Source: Chromera velia
Taxonomy: Eukaryota
DNA: 53,782 nt
Direction of reading: 5' to 3'
Assembly: GCA_018398765.1 (NCBI GenBank)
Contig: JAHBMJ010000214.1
Span: 1-53,782 of the forward strand
A program made the translations under genes and the position numbers. How positions within the stretch are numbered: the stretch's first letter is position 1; each line of letters opens with the position of its first letter. The notes below the pieces were generated by a model that did no database searches, had not been told where the DNA came from, and saw only the letters and a program-made list of their open reading frames with translations. Shown piece after piece: positions 36,448 to 50,261 of this stretch.

Positions 36448-37170
36448 ATGTTTCTAAATTTCTCTATTGCCGTTCATTATTGTTGAAATATTTGTAATTT
36501 TACATTTCATGGAGAAACATTATTAATGCAATGATTATTTTTTAGTCTGTTTAATTATTTCTTTCTAAGGTATTGATATCAATATGATTTTTATATTTGT
36601 AAAAACAAAGGTTTTAATCTTATTTCTTTTTTTTGAGCCTATATTACCTTTCGGTATTTTTATAAACAACAGAACACAAATCTTAATTTGCTACATCCTT
36701 GTAATATGGGTGAAGCTTTTATTTGGAGTACTTATATTTTTGTTTGGTTTAGTTTTATTTTTTTTGAAAATTGAGTAGGTGTAATTTTTCCAAAATTTCT
36801 TTTTCATCTTCCATTAGTCGACTTAACAGCTGCTACCGCAGATATTAATACTACAGTAGGTTTAGCGTTATTGGTTGTCATTAGTTCTTTTTATCAACGT
36901 TATAAAACCGAAGGAATTTGATTTGTAAAAAATTATTTAGAACCATTACCTTTACTCTTGCCATTAAACATTGTCGAAGAATTTACGAAACCTCTATCCT
37001 TAAGTTTTCGTTTATTTGGCAACATTTTAGCGGATGAGTTGACAGGCCTGGTTATAACTTCCCTCATTCCTTTAGGTATACCGATTCCGTTAATTGCTTT
37101 AGGTTTATTTGCGGGATATATCCAAACCATTATTTTCATTAATTTAACGTTTGATTATATTTTTGAATAG
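36448..37170 (+). CDS. atpI: ATP synthase CF0 subunit IV/a (240 aa)
   Basis: HYCW....[45 protein letters not shown]. Confidence 0.95.
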
Positions 37171-37297
37171 TACAATGGGTCGTTTTTAAATAAAATGCGT
37201 GGCTACTGCTTCTCATTAATAACTTTAAACTTGAAATTCTTAGACCTTATCCTGATTGAATGATTTTTTTTAGTTAACAAACTTTTTTGTCGTTTTT

Positions 37298-37714
37298 ATA
37301 AAAAAGCTTAAAACTCTTTTAAAATTGTCTTTAGAAGCAAAAAAAGCTAACCCATCTCCACCCGTCGGTCCTATTTTAGGTCAATATGGTGTGAATTTAG
37401 GCCTTTTCTGTTCTACCTATAACGATCTTACTAAAAATTTGGAAGGAATCGTGCCTGTAGAAATCTCTATCTTTAATGATAAAAGCTTTACTTTAAATCT
37501 TAAAACCGCACCGACCAGTATTTTATTGCTTAAACAATTAAAAAAAACCAAAGGATCTAGTAAACCCAATTTACAGAAAATTGGCCAATTAAAGATCTCA
37601 GAATTATTCCCAATTGCAGAAACTAAGTTAAAAGAATTAAATACAAAAAACCTAACCCAGGCTGTCTTGAGTATTCAAGGGACCGCTCAAAGTTTAGGAA
37701 TTAGTATTGTGTAA
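37298..37714 (+). CDS. rpl11: Ribosomal protein L11 (probable ATA start)
   Basis: ANPSPPVGPILGQYGVN, LKTAPTS, IQGTAQSLGI. In-frame ATA-KKLKTLLKL aligns with the L11 N-terminus. Confidence 0.95.
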   Translation: MKKLKTLLKLSLEAKKANPSPPVGPILGQYGVNLGLFCSTYNDLTKNLEGIVPVEISIFNDKSFTLNLKTAPTSILLLKQLKKTKGSSKPNLQKIGQLKISELFPIAETKLKELNTKNLTQAVLSIQGTAQSLGISIV

Positions 37715-37756
37715 AGTTATTTAATACGTATATTCTAGGCAAAGCCTTTTAAGAAA

Positions 37757-40700
37757 GTGATATCTTTGACAGCCTTACCTAAAGCTTTGGATTTATCCAA
37801 TAGTGTAGCGACTACCTTTCATCAATTTAATAGTGAAGGATTGTTAAGAATATTAGAAGATTTAATTCCGTCAGCTTTCTATTTAGATTCCTGCGTTATT
37901 TATTGCTTCCCCGAGTTATGTTCTTTTGAAATCAGTAGTGCAAATCCGTCACATTTAATCGAAGTTTGATTACCTATTTGTTGTAAACTTTGTACTAACC
38001 GACACACAAATACGACAATTCAGTACGCTAGCAAAACTACGGAATGTTACACAAAATTACATCTTTTAGATGTTCCTACCACCTCATCTACCCACACTTT
38101 AACTTTAAATAATTTAAAACGTATAGCCATAAGCCAATTTATGGCAAAAAAAAGTCCGTATGTAAAACCAGGATATCTGACAGAAACACTTTGAAAAGAA
38201 CCTGAAACCTCTTCTTGATCTAAGAACGTTCGGCCAAAAAATAGTTTGACCGAATGAAAAACGAGAAAAAAAAAGAAATCTAAGATAAAGGCCAAATATA
38301 AATTATTTAAAAGAAAAAAGAATATTAAATTAAAGAATTTAAGCCTAAAGCGACCAAAAGCATTTCTGCAAGAAAAATGATTGCATACAAAAACAAAAAT
38401 CTTCACGCGTAACTTAGTTTTTCAACCAACAACAGATATAAGTTACACTCATCCCACTTCTAAAGCGTTTGATTGTTTAATGTTAACTGGGATAAGCAAT
38501 CTTATGTTTTTGACCTTCCAACAGCACAAAATTGTTACCTACTTAGTGAAAAAACAAATTACTCGATCTGCTCTACGCTTATATCTGATAGGTAGAAATT
38601 ATGTACAGGTCGAACTTGATAATATGAAAGTAAAGCCGAGGCTCACTCTGTTAGTCTCATGAAATGGGTTTCGTTATCAGTTTCAATGACCTTTATTTAG
38701 TCATTTATATAGTGGCACGACAATATCCATCGAAGCGTTTTGGTATTTATGAAATCTCCCTCCCAATAATAGGCTAACCCATTCAGTCCAGTGGCAATTC
38801 AAACCTCAAAATCGTCAGATTCAATATGCTCTGACTAATTGATATGCTTTGGCATGAACTAATTTGTGGTTTAAGTCATCTTGATCTAGGCAACTAACAT
38901 CAAGTACTATAGATTCCAAACCTTTGTGGAAATGTGTTTTATTCTACCGATCCGAAAATTGAGACAAAACACAACATTCGAAAGGGAACGCAATTTACCA
39001 AATCGATGGACTCTCAAGATTTTGTATCCGTTATATGAATGTGTTACGTCATCAGTTACGGCCAATGAGACAGAGGTCTGTAGGTTGAGTTCCCGAAATG
39101 TTTTCGTCTCAATCTATCGTCCCATGAGTAAAAAAAAACCCGGTTCAAGATACTCAAGGTCCCTCCGATAAGCAAGAGTTGGTAGCCAAACTTTCACGAA
39201 AACTTGTTCCACCTATTCGGTTATCCGCTATGGATTTAGATTTTCTTTATTATACATTATGAGATATTGCAAGAGTTAAAAAAGATCTTGATTTTACAAA
39301 ACACATTAACTATAAGGGAATTTTTGGTTTTAACGGCCATCTTTGTCGGCATATAGCACGGCAAGGAAAAACCTGAAGTCGAATTTTTTATCAACATGTG
39401 CAAACGTGAAATAAATTATTACAATTTGGCCATTTGAAACGGTGACCATCAGAACAACGCTTGGTAAATGTTGGGATTTTTAGTAGTGATTTATGACATT
39501 GGCGTCTGTATCAGATTCAGACTCGAACGTTGCTTTCAAGGAGCAATAAAAAGCGACAACTAAAACAAAAGATCAAAATAACAAAACCTTTAGTGGCGTC
39601 TCCATATCCACATTTCCCACACGAAGCAAGCCGAGAAGTAAATTGACTACAATCTTTAAGTTTTTATAATCTTGTGCGTAAAACAAGAAATAAAATTCAC
39701 AAATTGAGACCGAAACTGGTCTCAACGAAAAGTTTAGGTTTAAACCATTGATCTTTATTTTTCTGGTTTAGGTTCCTTTTAATAACTAACACAGCTATGC
39801 CAAATTTGTTATATAATCAGTTAAGTTTTGTAACTTTATTACCTACAGAATGAAGCGTAAGAGAATTTTTAATAGAAAGCCCTCTTTTACAGTACTTGGA
39901 TGAAATCAATCCTTTGACCGAAATTGTCCATAAACGGCGTATAAGTGCTCTAGGACTTGGAGGGATATCTGCAAATAGAGAAAGACCGGAAACTGAAGAA
40001 CGGGATGTATATCCAAGTTATTACGGGAAACTTTGTGCAGTGGAAACTTTAGAGGGGGAAAGAGCTGGTTTAGTAGTTTCACATACGATTTTTTCACGTT
40101 TAACTCGTAACCACAATTTAAGTATTGCGCATTTTTCTCTTCTACATGGGCGCCTCGAACCAACCTTAAAATTTTTAAATTTTACCGAAGCCTCAACAAA
40201 TGCTATGCCGTATTACAAAATTGTGAAACGGCGTTCTAAAATTTTCAATGGCCTGCGGCATTTATTTGGAACAGGTGAATACGCCTTCACAAAACTTCAT
40301 CTTCATTTTCGCTATCTTCCTATGAGTCATACAGTGATGTTTTCTCCGGCCGCCGCTTTAACGCCTTTTATGTTTCATAATGATCCTACTCGTACTCTAA
40401 TGGCAGCAAATATGCAACGACAGGCAACCCCCTTACTTTATACTCAACCATCTGCTCTTAGTTTTGGCCTAGAAAGTACTTGAAGTGTTGATACAGCTTA
40501 TACAGCTATTTCACTGAATGAGGGTATTGTTATGACTAGTTCCCCTTGACAAATTGAGGTTCGCGATATAGCTTATCGTGATATTCAATATTTACTCAAA
40601 AATTTGCTTCAAACAAACCAATCTACGGTTAATCAACAAGTCCCGTGCGTTTGACCCGGGGAACGGATTTTTCCTGGTCAATTATTGACTTCGGGATACG

Positions 40701-42022
40701 CTCAAAAAAATTATGAATTAGCTTTAGGCATAAACACTCGAGTTTGTTATGGTGTTTATTATGGTTATACTTTTGAAGATGCTATCCTGTTAAACAGTAC
40801 ATGTATACAAAAGCATATGTTTACGAGTCTTCAGTTGTATGAAAAAAAATTATTGTTAGGTAATCTCTCTCATACCTCTTTAATGTCTTTATTACTCCCT
40901 CAAGAAAGTCTTATAAACGTATCTTCACACGGAATGTTAAAACCAAATTCGTTAATTTATCCTTCTCAGCTACTTATAAGTAAAATTGAGGATACGCGCC
41001 CCAACTTCTTAACTGAAAAATCGTGAAAAACCGTACCAAAACATTACCATAAAATTGATTCATATATTTATGATCAACAACGAGAATTCTTTGAGAATGC
41101 TTCGATATACGCCTTAGAATCGGATCAAGGTAGGCTTATCTCTTTATCACATTGACAAGATGGTTGATTACAAGAACCTCAGATTACTTTTTTAGTAGGA
41201 CATTTAATGCTGATGCAGTTAGGTGATAAAGTGTGTGGTAAGCATGGCAATAAAGGCATTGTTTCGGCTCTGTTGGATACCCCTGATATGCCATATTTAG
41301 AAGACGGAACCTCTCCAGACATGATTGTTAGTGCTTTAGGGGTTCCTTCTCGAATGAATATCGGACAGTTGTATGAATGTATTTTAGGATTGACGGCTGA
41401 ATGATTAAATAGTCGCTTGAAATATAGCCAAGACGATAAATTATTTTGCGGCGAACAATATTTAAGGGAAAACATATATAATTTAATGAAACAAGTGGCT
41501 CTTTTTACAAATAACGCTTGATTTTATAATCCTTATAATCCTGGTAAAATATTACTTCGGGAAGGGGCATCAGGGCAGTTAATTCAGGGCGGGGTGTTTT
41601 ATGGCATGACTTATTTATTTAAGTTAATCCATATGGTAGAAAAAAAAATTCATACGCGTCCTGTCGGTCCTTATACCCTGATTACGCAACAGCCACCACG
41701 TGGTCGTCGCCAGGAGGGAGGTCAAAGATTAGGAGAGATGGAAGTCTGAGCAATTCAAGCTTTTTCTGCAAGTTACACTCTAAAAGAACTACTAGTCCTA
41801 AAATCAGATGATCTATTTTATAGACAACAAATTCATGATCGCTTAGTTTCAGCTGAAAAACTTAGTTTTGGCTATTCCGAAACTTTCAAATTGTTAATCC
41901 GAGATTTAAATATTCTCGGCGTAGGTGTCTCCTTTAATTTGCCACATACAAGTTGTCAACCGCTCCTCGATGGAGACATAACTAAACAAATTTTTGATGT
42001 ATTTGAAACAAGTGTTAGTTAA
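37757..42022 (+). CDS. rpoB: RNA polymerase beta subunit (about 1421 aa, GTG start)
   Basis: [72 protein letters not shown]. One frame through TGA codons. Confidence 0.95.
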
Positions 42023-42152
42023 AAATAAACTGTGAAAAATGGCGTTCGTACTGGACCAATTGTTCGAACAATCTAATATGACGTTTATGTGCAGGAGCAA
42101 GTTGTTCGTTAACTTGAAGAATGGATTCATGCTTTTGTAAAAGCCTAGATAT

Positions 42153-45100
42153 ATAAGGTTAGAAGACAAACTTAACAAAAGAATCATAGATTTGTGTAAG
42201 ATAGATTTTTGATCGATCCCTGATTTAGAAGATTATCTGCCACCAACGGTCATATCCCCTTTTCATCTTGATGGGGGACTAGAAAGTTCGAAAGGCTATG
42301 TATTTGGTTCTTCTACTATACGGAAAACTAGTTTCGAATCTTTATCGTTTGCTCTTTTATCTCCGTCTAAAGTTTTAGCCTGATCCATTAGGATTCTTCC
42401 TAATTTTTGATCAAAATTCGATCCGGCTTGAAAACAGACCAAATCGTATTTACTGCACGGGGAAGTATCTGATCCTAGGTTAATGAGTCGATTTTCTATA
42501 TTCGAAGATGCAGTAATCGCTATTGAAAGAGTGTCGCTACTTCCTCTTTATACCATTTTATATAGACTTAAAGGAATTTTATTTGAATATGGGCTTGACA
42601 AACGTCTTATTTCATTTAGTAACAGCACTTGAGTTGAAAATAACGTTTCTGGAGCTCATAGATATTGAGAAATTAAAGATAACTGATTACAATTTCGACC
42701 ATTTATTCCAGAACTTGTTAAATTATCAATTTTACAAGAATTAAGTATGTATGGCTGTAAAGGAGAAATTTCGGTACCTTTACCTAAACAGAAGACAAAG
42801 ACTTTTAGTGAAAAAGGGCTTTATTCTGAACAAATTTTTGGCCCTTTAACGTCATTTTGTTGTGCTTGTCATTTAATTCAAAATTTTAGTGCCGATGAAA
42901 TTAGTGCCCTGTCTATTGATCCCTTCAATAATTTGTGTCCCATTTGTTATGTTGAAGCCACAAATACTGAAGTTCGTCGACATCGACTCGGTATTATATC
43001 ATTTAAATCTCCTATGGTGCATCCTTGGTATGTATATAACAATCCTTCTTATTTAGCCTTATTCCTCAATATTCCGACACAAATGCTATTTGATATACTC
43101 AATTTGGAACCAATTTTAGGCGAGTTAGCTTTACCCAAGCATGCTTTATATTTACCTAGCATTTTTCTTAATAGTTTTGAAAATGTTAAGGGTTTTCAGA
43201 ACTGACATGAAACTTATGTAGAAAAACCTACCTTATCAGGACGAGAAAAAAACTTAGCTTTACGAAAGTGAAACCGTACATATTGACATGAAAAAGTTTT
43301 CCCAGTTTGATTAAAATCCAAAAAAGTTTCGCACAAGTATTTTAGTTTTTTTTATAATAATTTATTTAAAGATTTTACCAATATTTTATATATTCAACTT
43401 TTACCATTAGAATATTTGTATACGCTTTTAAATTTGATTGAAAGATTTTTATGTACACCGGTACACATTTTTTCTCGTTACACTAAATGAACAAGACTTT
43501 TTCAAGACTTATTTTTACGTACTTATGTAAATTATAGTTTTATTGTCGAAAGTCTATCTGTACGCTTAGATTATGCACCTTTTATTAAATTATGTTTGTT
43601 TACAAAGAAACAACCCGTGTCGATACCCACGTATGCTAAATCTCGATATATGTTAATCAACAAATTGGGTGGAAGTGTTTTGGATATGAGGCGTCAATTA
43701 GTACAACTTATTGCGAGTGAAGAATTTAATATGGACGGAAACTCTACACTTTATGACGCCTCATTGCCGCCTTTCTCTTTTTTTCATTCGAATTTTGCTG
43801 GTTGAGAGGGATTTATACCTCAATTTAATAATATTAAAATACAATCATGTAAGTTATTAGGACATCTTAATAGTACCCATGCTATGCGCTCCGTTTTGGG
43901 ATCACATATTTTTTATAAAAATCCTATTTCTCTAGTTATAAAAAGTTTAAAAAGTATGTTCTACAAGGTATGTTTACAATATACCTTTCTAATTACGGAT
44001 ATTCAACCCTTCGATGGTATTATTGAACCAATTATGCAGTATCGGGATTGACCCAATTATAAAGTTGAAACAACGAGGAGTAACAAACAACCAGCGTCTA
44101 TTATTTTTAAGGGAGAATACACTATTTCTCGAGACTCATTATTAAGTTACTGGCAGCATTGATACACTATATGACAAACATTACAAGTTTTTCGTGTGAC
44201 TGAAGAAAATTGATTTCATCATTTAATTCAGCGTTATTTAGTTCCCTTACTTTTATCCCGTATGCCCCCACTCAATCCTAAGCAAGATAAACGTCCAGTT
44301 TCTACTCTTCTTACTCAACGGTTGGATAAATTTTATCTTCAAGAACCGAAAAAACCAGTGCTCTCAATTCTCCCGCATACCAAAAAAAGACGGTTAAAAA
44401 AACAAAGGAAAATTTTGTATTGATTTATGACTCACAAAGAGGAGTGATTAAACTTTTTCTTTGAGTCTAAACTACACAAGCACAATTTAGTAGAGGATTT
44501 TACTTTAATACCCCCACCATATGATCTTCATTTGATGACGTTTCAAGCGTTGATGAATGAACGTAGAAAAGTTCCTTATTGTAAGTATCGTTGAAAGTAC
44601 TGTACTTTGGGAACTTACCTCCCTAAATTTTGATATGTGTTTACCAGTTTTCATTCTGTCACAACGAATGACCATATGCTCCAGACTTATGGCCAGTTCC
44701 GTAGAAATCGAACATTAACACATACACCGCCCTCTATTGCTAGTGGAGCGACGGTAATTTTTGATTATCTAGGGCGCAAGTATACGCCGTACCGATATAG
44801 TTGAAATTTAAATAGTCCTTTATTTTTTAAAGCGCGGACTTCAACCCATAATTCTGGCATTTCTTGAACATTTAGAACAGTCCAATGAATGCAGAAGCGA
44901 TTATGTTTTATCTTTCATCTATTAAAACTACATCCTAGTTGGTTTTTTTTTGTGTATTTGCCAGTGTTACCTCCTGGATTAAGGCCTATTTATCAGGTAA
45001 GTTTTTTAACTTATACACTCTCAGATTTAACAAAACAATATCGGTCTTTATTGATTCGAAATCAACGTCTTTGTGAACCTTTAAACACCACCTTAAATTT

Positions 45101-46205
45101 AACTTTATACAATAACTTATTTTTACAAGAGAGTATTAATTTTTTATTTAACCACTTCGGGCCACGTAGTTCATGAAATTCGTCGAGATGACGGCCTTCA
45201 AAAGGATTAGTTCTTTTAAAACAATACCAAGGTAAATATGGACGGTTTCGATTTAATTTATTAGGCAAACGAATTGATTATTCCGCGCGTTCAGTGATTA
45301 CTTCAGGATCTGGTTTACCCTTTTCTTATTGTACAATACCATTACAAATGGGCTTTAAATTGTTGGAACCTATGTGGGTAAATCGCATGTTAGAATTTTG
45401 TTTAGTCCAAGAAGAAAATTTAGAGGAAGGATATGTCGATCCATCCTTGTTAAGTGAGCAGGACAATTGAGACGACCTTCAAGTCTATGACGACCTTTTA
45501 GACGAAGACGAAACCTCAGAGGAAATAAATTTAGAACAATCATTGGTTGCCAACGAACAAATGTTATGACCAGAAACCCTTTCACGAAACTTACTTCAGG
45601 AGTTAATTCAAAATCGATTAATTTTAATTAATAGGGCCCCTACGCTACACCGAATGAATTTTCAAGCTTTTCACGGCTTACCAAATTTGGCTCGCAATTT
45701 GGGGTTTTATCCTGTTGCATGTAGTTCATTCAATGCGGATTTTGATGGAGATCAAACTGCTATCTTTATGCCTTTATCTTTTGAAGTACTCTCAGAAGCT
45801 TACCATATCTTGCAGTTTAAACAAAATTTAATTTCGCCAGCCACTCAAAAATTACTTGGAAATGCCTCCCAAGATATAGTACTAGGAATGGTAAGTTTAA
45901 ATTCACCTAATGAAACACGCTATAAATCGTTAAGCCTATATTTTAGTAATTGAAATGACTTTAAAACCACGGCAAATCATGGCTTATTACCCTTACAATC
46001 GAAATCGTGAGTACGCATTATGTATAACTGTTTAACTCTGTCCAAAACCATCAATTATCAACACCTATTTTTACAAGATTTGTCGCTATATTATACATGA
46101 AACACCTGACAATGGAGGCTGAAGACTCATCAGTTGTCTCCAGATTGAAACAATTTATGAACAACATATTTGTACATACCACCCACTAACGCGTTAGAAT
46201 TTTAA
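42153..46205 (+). CDS. rpoC1: RNA polymerase beta' subunit (about 1350 aa; start uncertain, non-ATG)
   Basis: LSPSKVLAWS, GLYSEQIFGP...C.C...CPIC, LPVLPPGLRP, GRFRFNLLGKRIDYS, NRAPTLHR, catalytic FNADFDGDQ. Confidence 0.93.
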
Positions 46206-46374
46206 AAACAGTCTAAAGTCCTTGAATTACGATTTTTTTATATCTTAAAGTTATTTAATACATGTATGCAGGATTCACTATAAAATTTTATTATATCGAC
46301 CTAATCTAAAATCATCTTGAGAATCTACGATTGATAAACTTTGAGGGACCAATTTTAAGCATCGGTTCTCACTT

Positions 46375-47145
46375 ATGTCTCGATTTAGATTTCTGCGGGA
46401 TCCGGTTTGTGCTCTGTCTCCACTGGATCGTGAAGAAATTTTTTTATTTCGCAATCGGCCAACCTTCGTTTTGTTTAATGTGTTTAATAATTATGGTGGA
46501 TTAAAAACTAGACGTGAGACTCGCTTTTCATGAGCACAACAGAAAAAATTACGGAGGGCGGTTTTGAGGCATCGTCTATGTGCAGCATTACCATTTAGAT
46601 CTTTGAAACAAATTCAAGCAGACCAGGTAATTGCTTGTCGCCCTGAAACTCAACAAAGTGTGAGTTTAACCTCCACGCCATTTAGATTAAAAGAAGAATG
46701 AGAACAATTAAAAAAAACTTATCAAGAAGAAGCTGCCAAAAAGGAAGCACAAGCTGCATTAGACGAGTTGGCTGAAGGGGCCGTTCAACAAGTCGAAGTT
46801 AGTTCAAATTCTGAGCAAAATACAAATATAAATCGCAAGTCTTCTGTTATATCTGAAGTCTCTCCCGATCCCGGGGTAGTTACTTCCTCGCAAAGAAAGG
46901 TTCCTGGAAAAAGGAAATTTCCACCTAAAGAGCAGTTCAATCAAACTTCGCTAACAAACGTGACTCCGCCAAAAAAATTGTCGCACAAAATGACGGGATC
47001 CATTGAGGTTAGTGGAAAAAATATGCCTCTAGAAAAAAAGACGACACCATTACGAAAAGCCAAGCTTTGAAAACGCAAAGTATTTAAACGAAAGATATTT
47101 AAGTCTAAATTGAAAAATCCGAAAGCGTCAAAGAATAATAACTAA
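46375..47145 (+). CDS. rps18: Ribosomal protein S18 with long C-terminal extension (256 aa)
   Basis: VFNNYGGLKTRRETRFSWAQQKKLRRAVLRHRLCAALPF matches S18 (GKILSRR.T....QQR....AIK.AR..LLPF). Frame continues into ORF 46768-47070 and ends at TAA 47143. Confidence 0.82.
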
Positions 47146-47504
47146 AGTTCCATTTTTTTAATTACGCACATCTCTACGTAACATAATTTAGAGTGGTTTT
47201 TTCTTACAAAGTAGAAAGTTAAGTTTTAAACTAGTATGGTCCATAATTAACATGCGCGGAGATTGTGGCAACCTTAACTTGTGTTTTGGGCTTCCAAACT
47301 AATGAGTTTAGTTTCCTTATGGTATGCAAATAAAATCTTACAGAAAAGCCAAACACTTTTAATGACAAAATGTATTCTTTTGCCGTCGTAAATATGAAGA
47401 ACGACCTCTTAAATCAGTTTTTACTTCGTCTGTCAAAATTCAGTTTATGTCCATCTAGTATTAGCGTGGTGTGTGTATCTTATTATTGGTAACCAAAGTA
47501 GAAT

Positions 47505-49196
47505 ATGTCAATACCTTCCGATTTTGAACGTAACCAGTGATCAAACCTGCCCAACCGCAAAGCATCTTCACGACACAAAAAGGTTAGAGATAATCGTCCT
47601 ACTACCTCTAAAACTACTAATTTTAGTGTTTCCCAGAAACCTTTGGGTAAGCAAATACCAGAATCGAGGACGGTAGAAGGTCCATTTAAGAAGCGGAAAC
47701 CTTATAAATGAAAGAGCAAAAGGTCTGAAGTGAGAACAGCTGATACAAAGGCTTCTTCTTTGGGTTTAACATCGTTCAAACTAACAAAAACAAGGAACTT
47801 TAAGACACTGTCGGGGCAAAAAGGACCAGAATTGAGGACGGCTGACGTCCCATTTAAGAAGCTTAAACCTTATACACCAAAGAGCAAAATTTCTGAAGAT
47901 AGACCAATGGATAAAAAGGCTTTTTCGTCCGTGGCCGCACCGTGAAAACCAACCAAAACTATGACCTATAAGGTCTCTAAGAAACTTTTCGGGAAAAAAG
48001 GGCCAGAATTGAGAATGGTCGACGTCCCATTTAAGAAGCCTAAACCTTATAAATCCACGAGCAAAATCTCCGAAGGAAGACCAATAGATAAACCTTCGGG
48101 GGCGACATCGGTCAAACTAAACAAAACTAAGAATTTTACTGTCTCTGAGACCATATTAAGTCAACAAAGATCAGAATTGCCCGCGTTAAAAAGCCCAGAG
48201 AAGAAGGAGGAAAGGTATGAACCAAAGAGCAAAATTTCGGAAGGTAGACCAAATGATCAAACAACGGCTTCAGCGGGTAATTCATCTTTAAAATCCACAA
48301 AAAATATGAAAATTGACGTGCGCGGCGCAAAAAAAAAGAAATCCTGGGATCATGTTAGTCGAATGATTCAAATGTATAAATCTACCGTGTGACGCCCAAC
48401 GCCTAAAGAGTTATATAAAACGAATTATTTTACGGATTTTTTTGATGCGTATCCTGCCTTTAGACGAATTTTAAAACAGGATCAAATGGCAATCATTATT
48501 TTATACTTTCAACTGTCAAGAAAGAATACTAAGATTAGTATAATTCAGTCTAATGAAGCGATTCACTTAAAAGTTATTCGAACCATTGATGCTACCACTC
48601 CTTTGTATGGAGAGGTAGCAGTTTTTAATTTAGAAAAACGATTAGAAGGACTAAGATTTTTACCTCAGACGGTCAGCTTTAATGAATTATATATTCAAAA
48701 ATATGCTATTTTAGCAAAGCTAAAAACCTTTATCACTTATTATTCGCAAAAATGAGCAAGTGAAACGTTTTTAAACTGAAGTCATCCAAAGACATACTAT
48801 TTTTTACATAAGTATAACGTACCATATGATTATTTAAAAACGTTTAATTTTGACGATTTAACACAAGCATTTCGTTTACCAAAAAGAAAATTTGTTCGAC
48901 GTTATGAACGATTACTAACCTGTTTTACTGCTGGAATGCTACGTTTAGTAGGTAAACGCCGGAGTACCCCTTTTGCTGCAAGAGAAATTACATCTAAGGC
49001 TATTCGTTATATACGAAAACATGATTTTGTTTATGTAAGAGTCTTTTTTCGTGGAGTTTCAGCTAATCGAACTTACATTATTAGGACTTTATTTTCGACA
49101 AGTTATTTTGGATCAGCTTTAAAAATTCTATCTTTAGCGGATATTACTTCCGCTCCTTATAACGGCTGTCGTCCAAAAAAATATCGTCGCCGGTAA
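47505..49196 (+). CDS. rps11: Ribosomal protein S11 with repeat-containing N-terminal extension and internal insertion (563 aa)
   Basis: ILYFQLSRKNTKISI, TAGMLRLVGKRRSTPFAA, DITSAPYNGCRPKKYRRR. Four track ORFs share one frame joined by TGA. Confidence 0.88.
47605..48310 (+). repeat. Four degenerate coding tandem repeats of about 55-60 aa within rps11
   Basis: Consensus KT.NF.VS...G...PELR..D.PFKK.KPY..KSKISE.RP.D recurs four times. DNA-level similarity includes CCATTTAAGAAGC in three copies. Confidence 0.9.
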
Positions 49197-49263
49197 TTGA
49201 CCTTTTAGTGAATTTAAACTTTTCCCTAAACGTAGACCCCATTAGCGAGGTTTTTTTTAGTTA

Positions 49264-49506
49264 ATAAGATGACGAATCTACTGATTTATTGCTAAGGTAA
49301 GTTCTATATCATGGTTTAAAAAAGTTCCCGTATTTTGTGACGGGACCCTTATTTTATTTACTCAATCAACTAAACCTCAACTAATGGTTGATAATTGATC
49401 TGGGATACATAATGCTTATAAAAAATATCGAGGCGAGATTGTGGATGGAGAGAAAATTGATTATTGGCAATCTAAAATCCGCCGTTACAGACCAGGAAGG
49501 ACATAA
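49264..49506 (+). CDS. rpl31: Ribosomal protein L31 (non-ATG start, approximate)
   Basis: WFKKVPVFCDGTLILFTQSTKPQLMVDNW(TGA)SGIH matches plastid L31 (KVYCDG..I...STKPEL.VDIWSGNH). Confidence 0.9.
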
Positions 49507-49539
49507 GGTTAGAACTATTGATACGGAACTCTTCTATCT

Positions 49540-50256
49540 ATGTTCAAATTTTATGTTGCCCCGAAGATTCGGGTCCATCAACATTATATGTATGCACATT
49601 TTTTTTTTCATAGTTGAGCTCAAGATTTTATGTTAATTGGTATTAACGCTTTACGAAGAACATTTTACAGTAGAACAGGTGGTTATCAAGTTTCTCGAAT
49701 AAAAACTTCTAGTCATTTAAATGAATATTTACCTTTATGAGGGTTTCAAGAATCAATTTTTGATTTTTTAGCGGCCTTGAAAATGTTAATATTTAGGGGT
49801 AAAGATTATAATTCTTATATTGGTTCGTTACAAAGCTCTGGTCCCATACTTCTAATAGCAGCATTTATCCAATTACATCCCAATATTTGTTTAGTGAATA
49901 AAAATCACTATTTAGGCACGTTACTTCCTGGATTTAAATTTAGGTTATATTTAGAAATTGTATTTGTATGGCAGCGACCGGTTCATCTCCACCATTTAAC
50001 ACAACGAGTTTTTTCTAGTTTTTGAGCTTCTCGAGCCGAAGGACGTTATCTACCCAAACTGCATATTCAAAGCTCGGTAAAAGGTTTAACATGAAAAATG
50101 TTAACAGAAGTATTACTCTTAACTGTTTCAAGTCCACCAGGCGGTTCCCCTCCATTAGAAATTTTACAAGGGATAGAAATAATTTTGAGAATTAATGCCT
50201 TAGCATTAGTTGGTCTGCTTAAAGGAGAAAGTCATTTAGTAAATACAGCTTTTTAA
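49540..50256 (+). CDS. rpoA: RNA polymerase alpha subunit (238 aa, no C-terminal domain)
   Basis: GINALRRT, EYLPLWGFQESIFDFLAALKMLIFR, SGPILLIAAFIQL...LVNKNHYLGTL. Confidence 0.88.
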
Positions 50257-50261
50257 ATAGA

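Noticed and set aside
47335..47492. TEKPNTFNDKMYSFAV resembling the rpl23 N-terminus
   Set aside because: Short weak match, preceded by an in-frame TAA, with no downstream L23 motifs and the wrong gene context.
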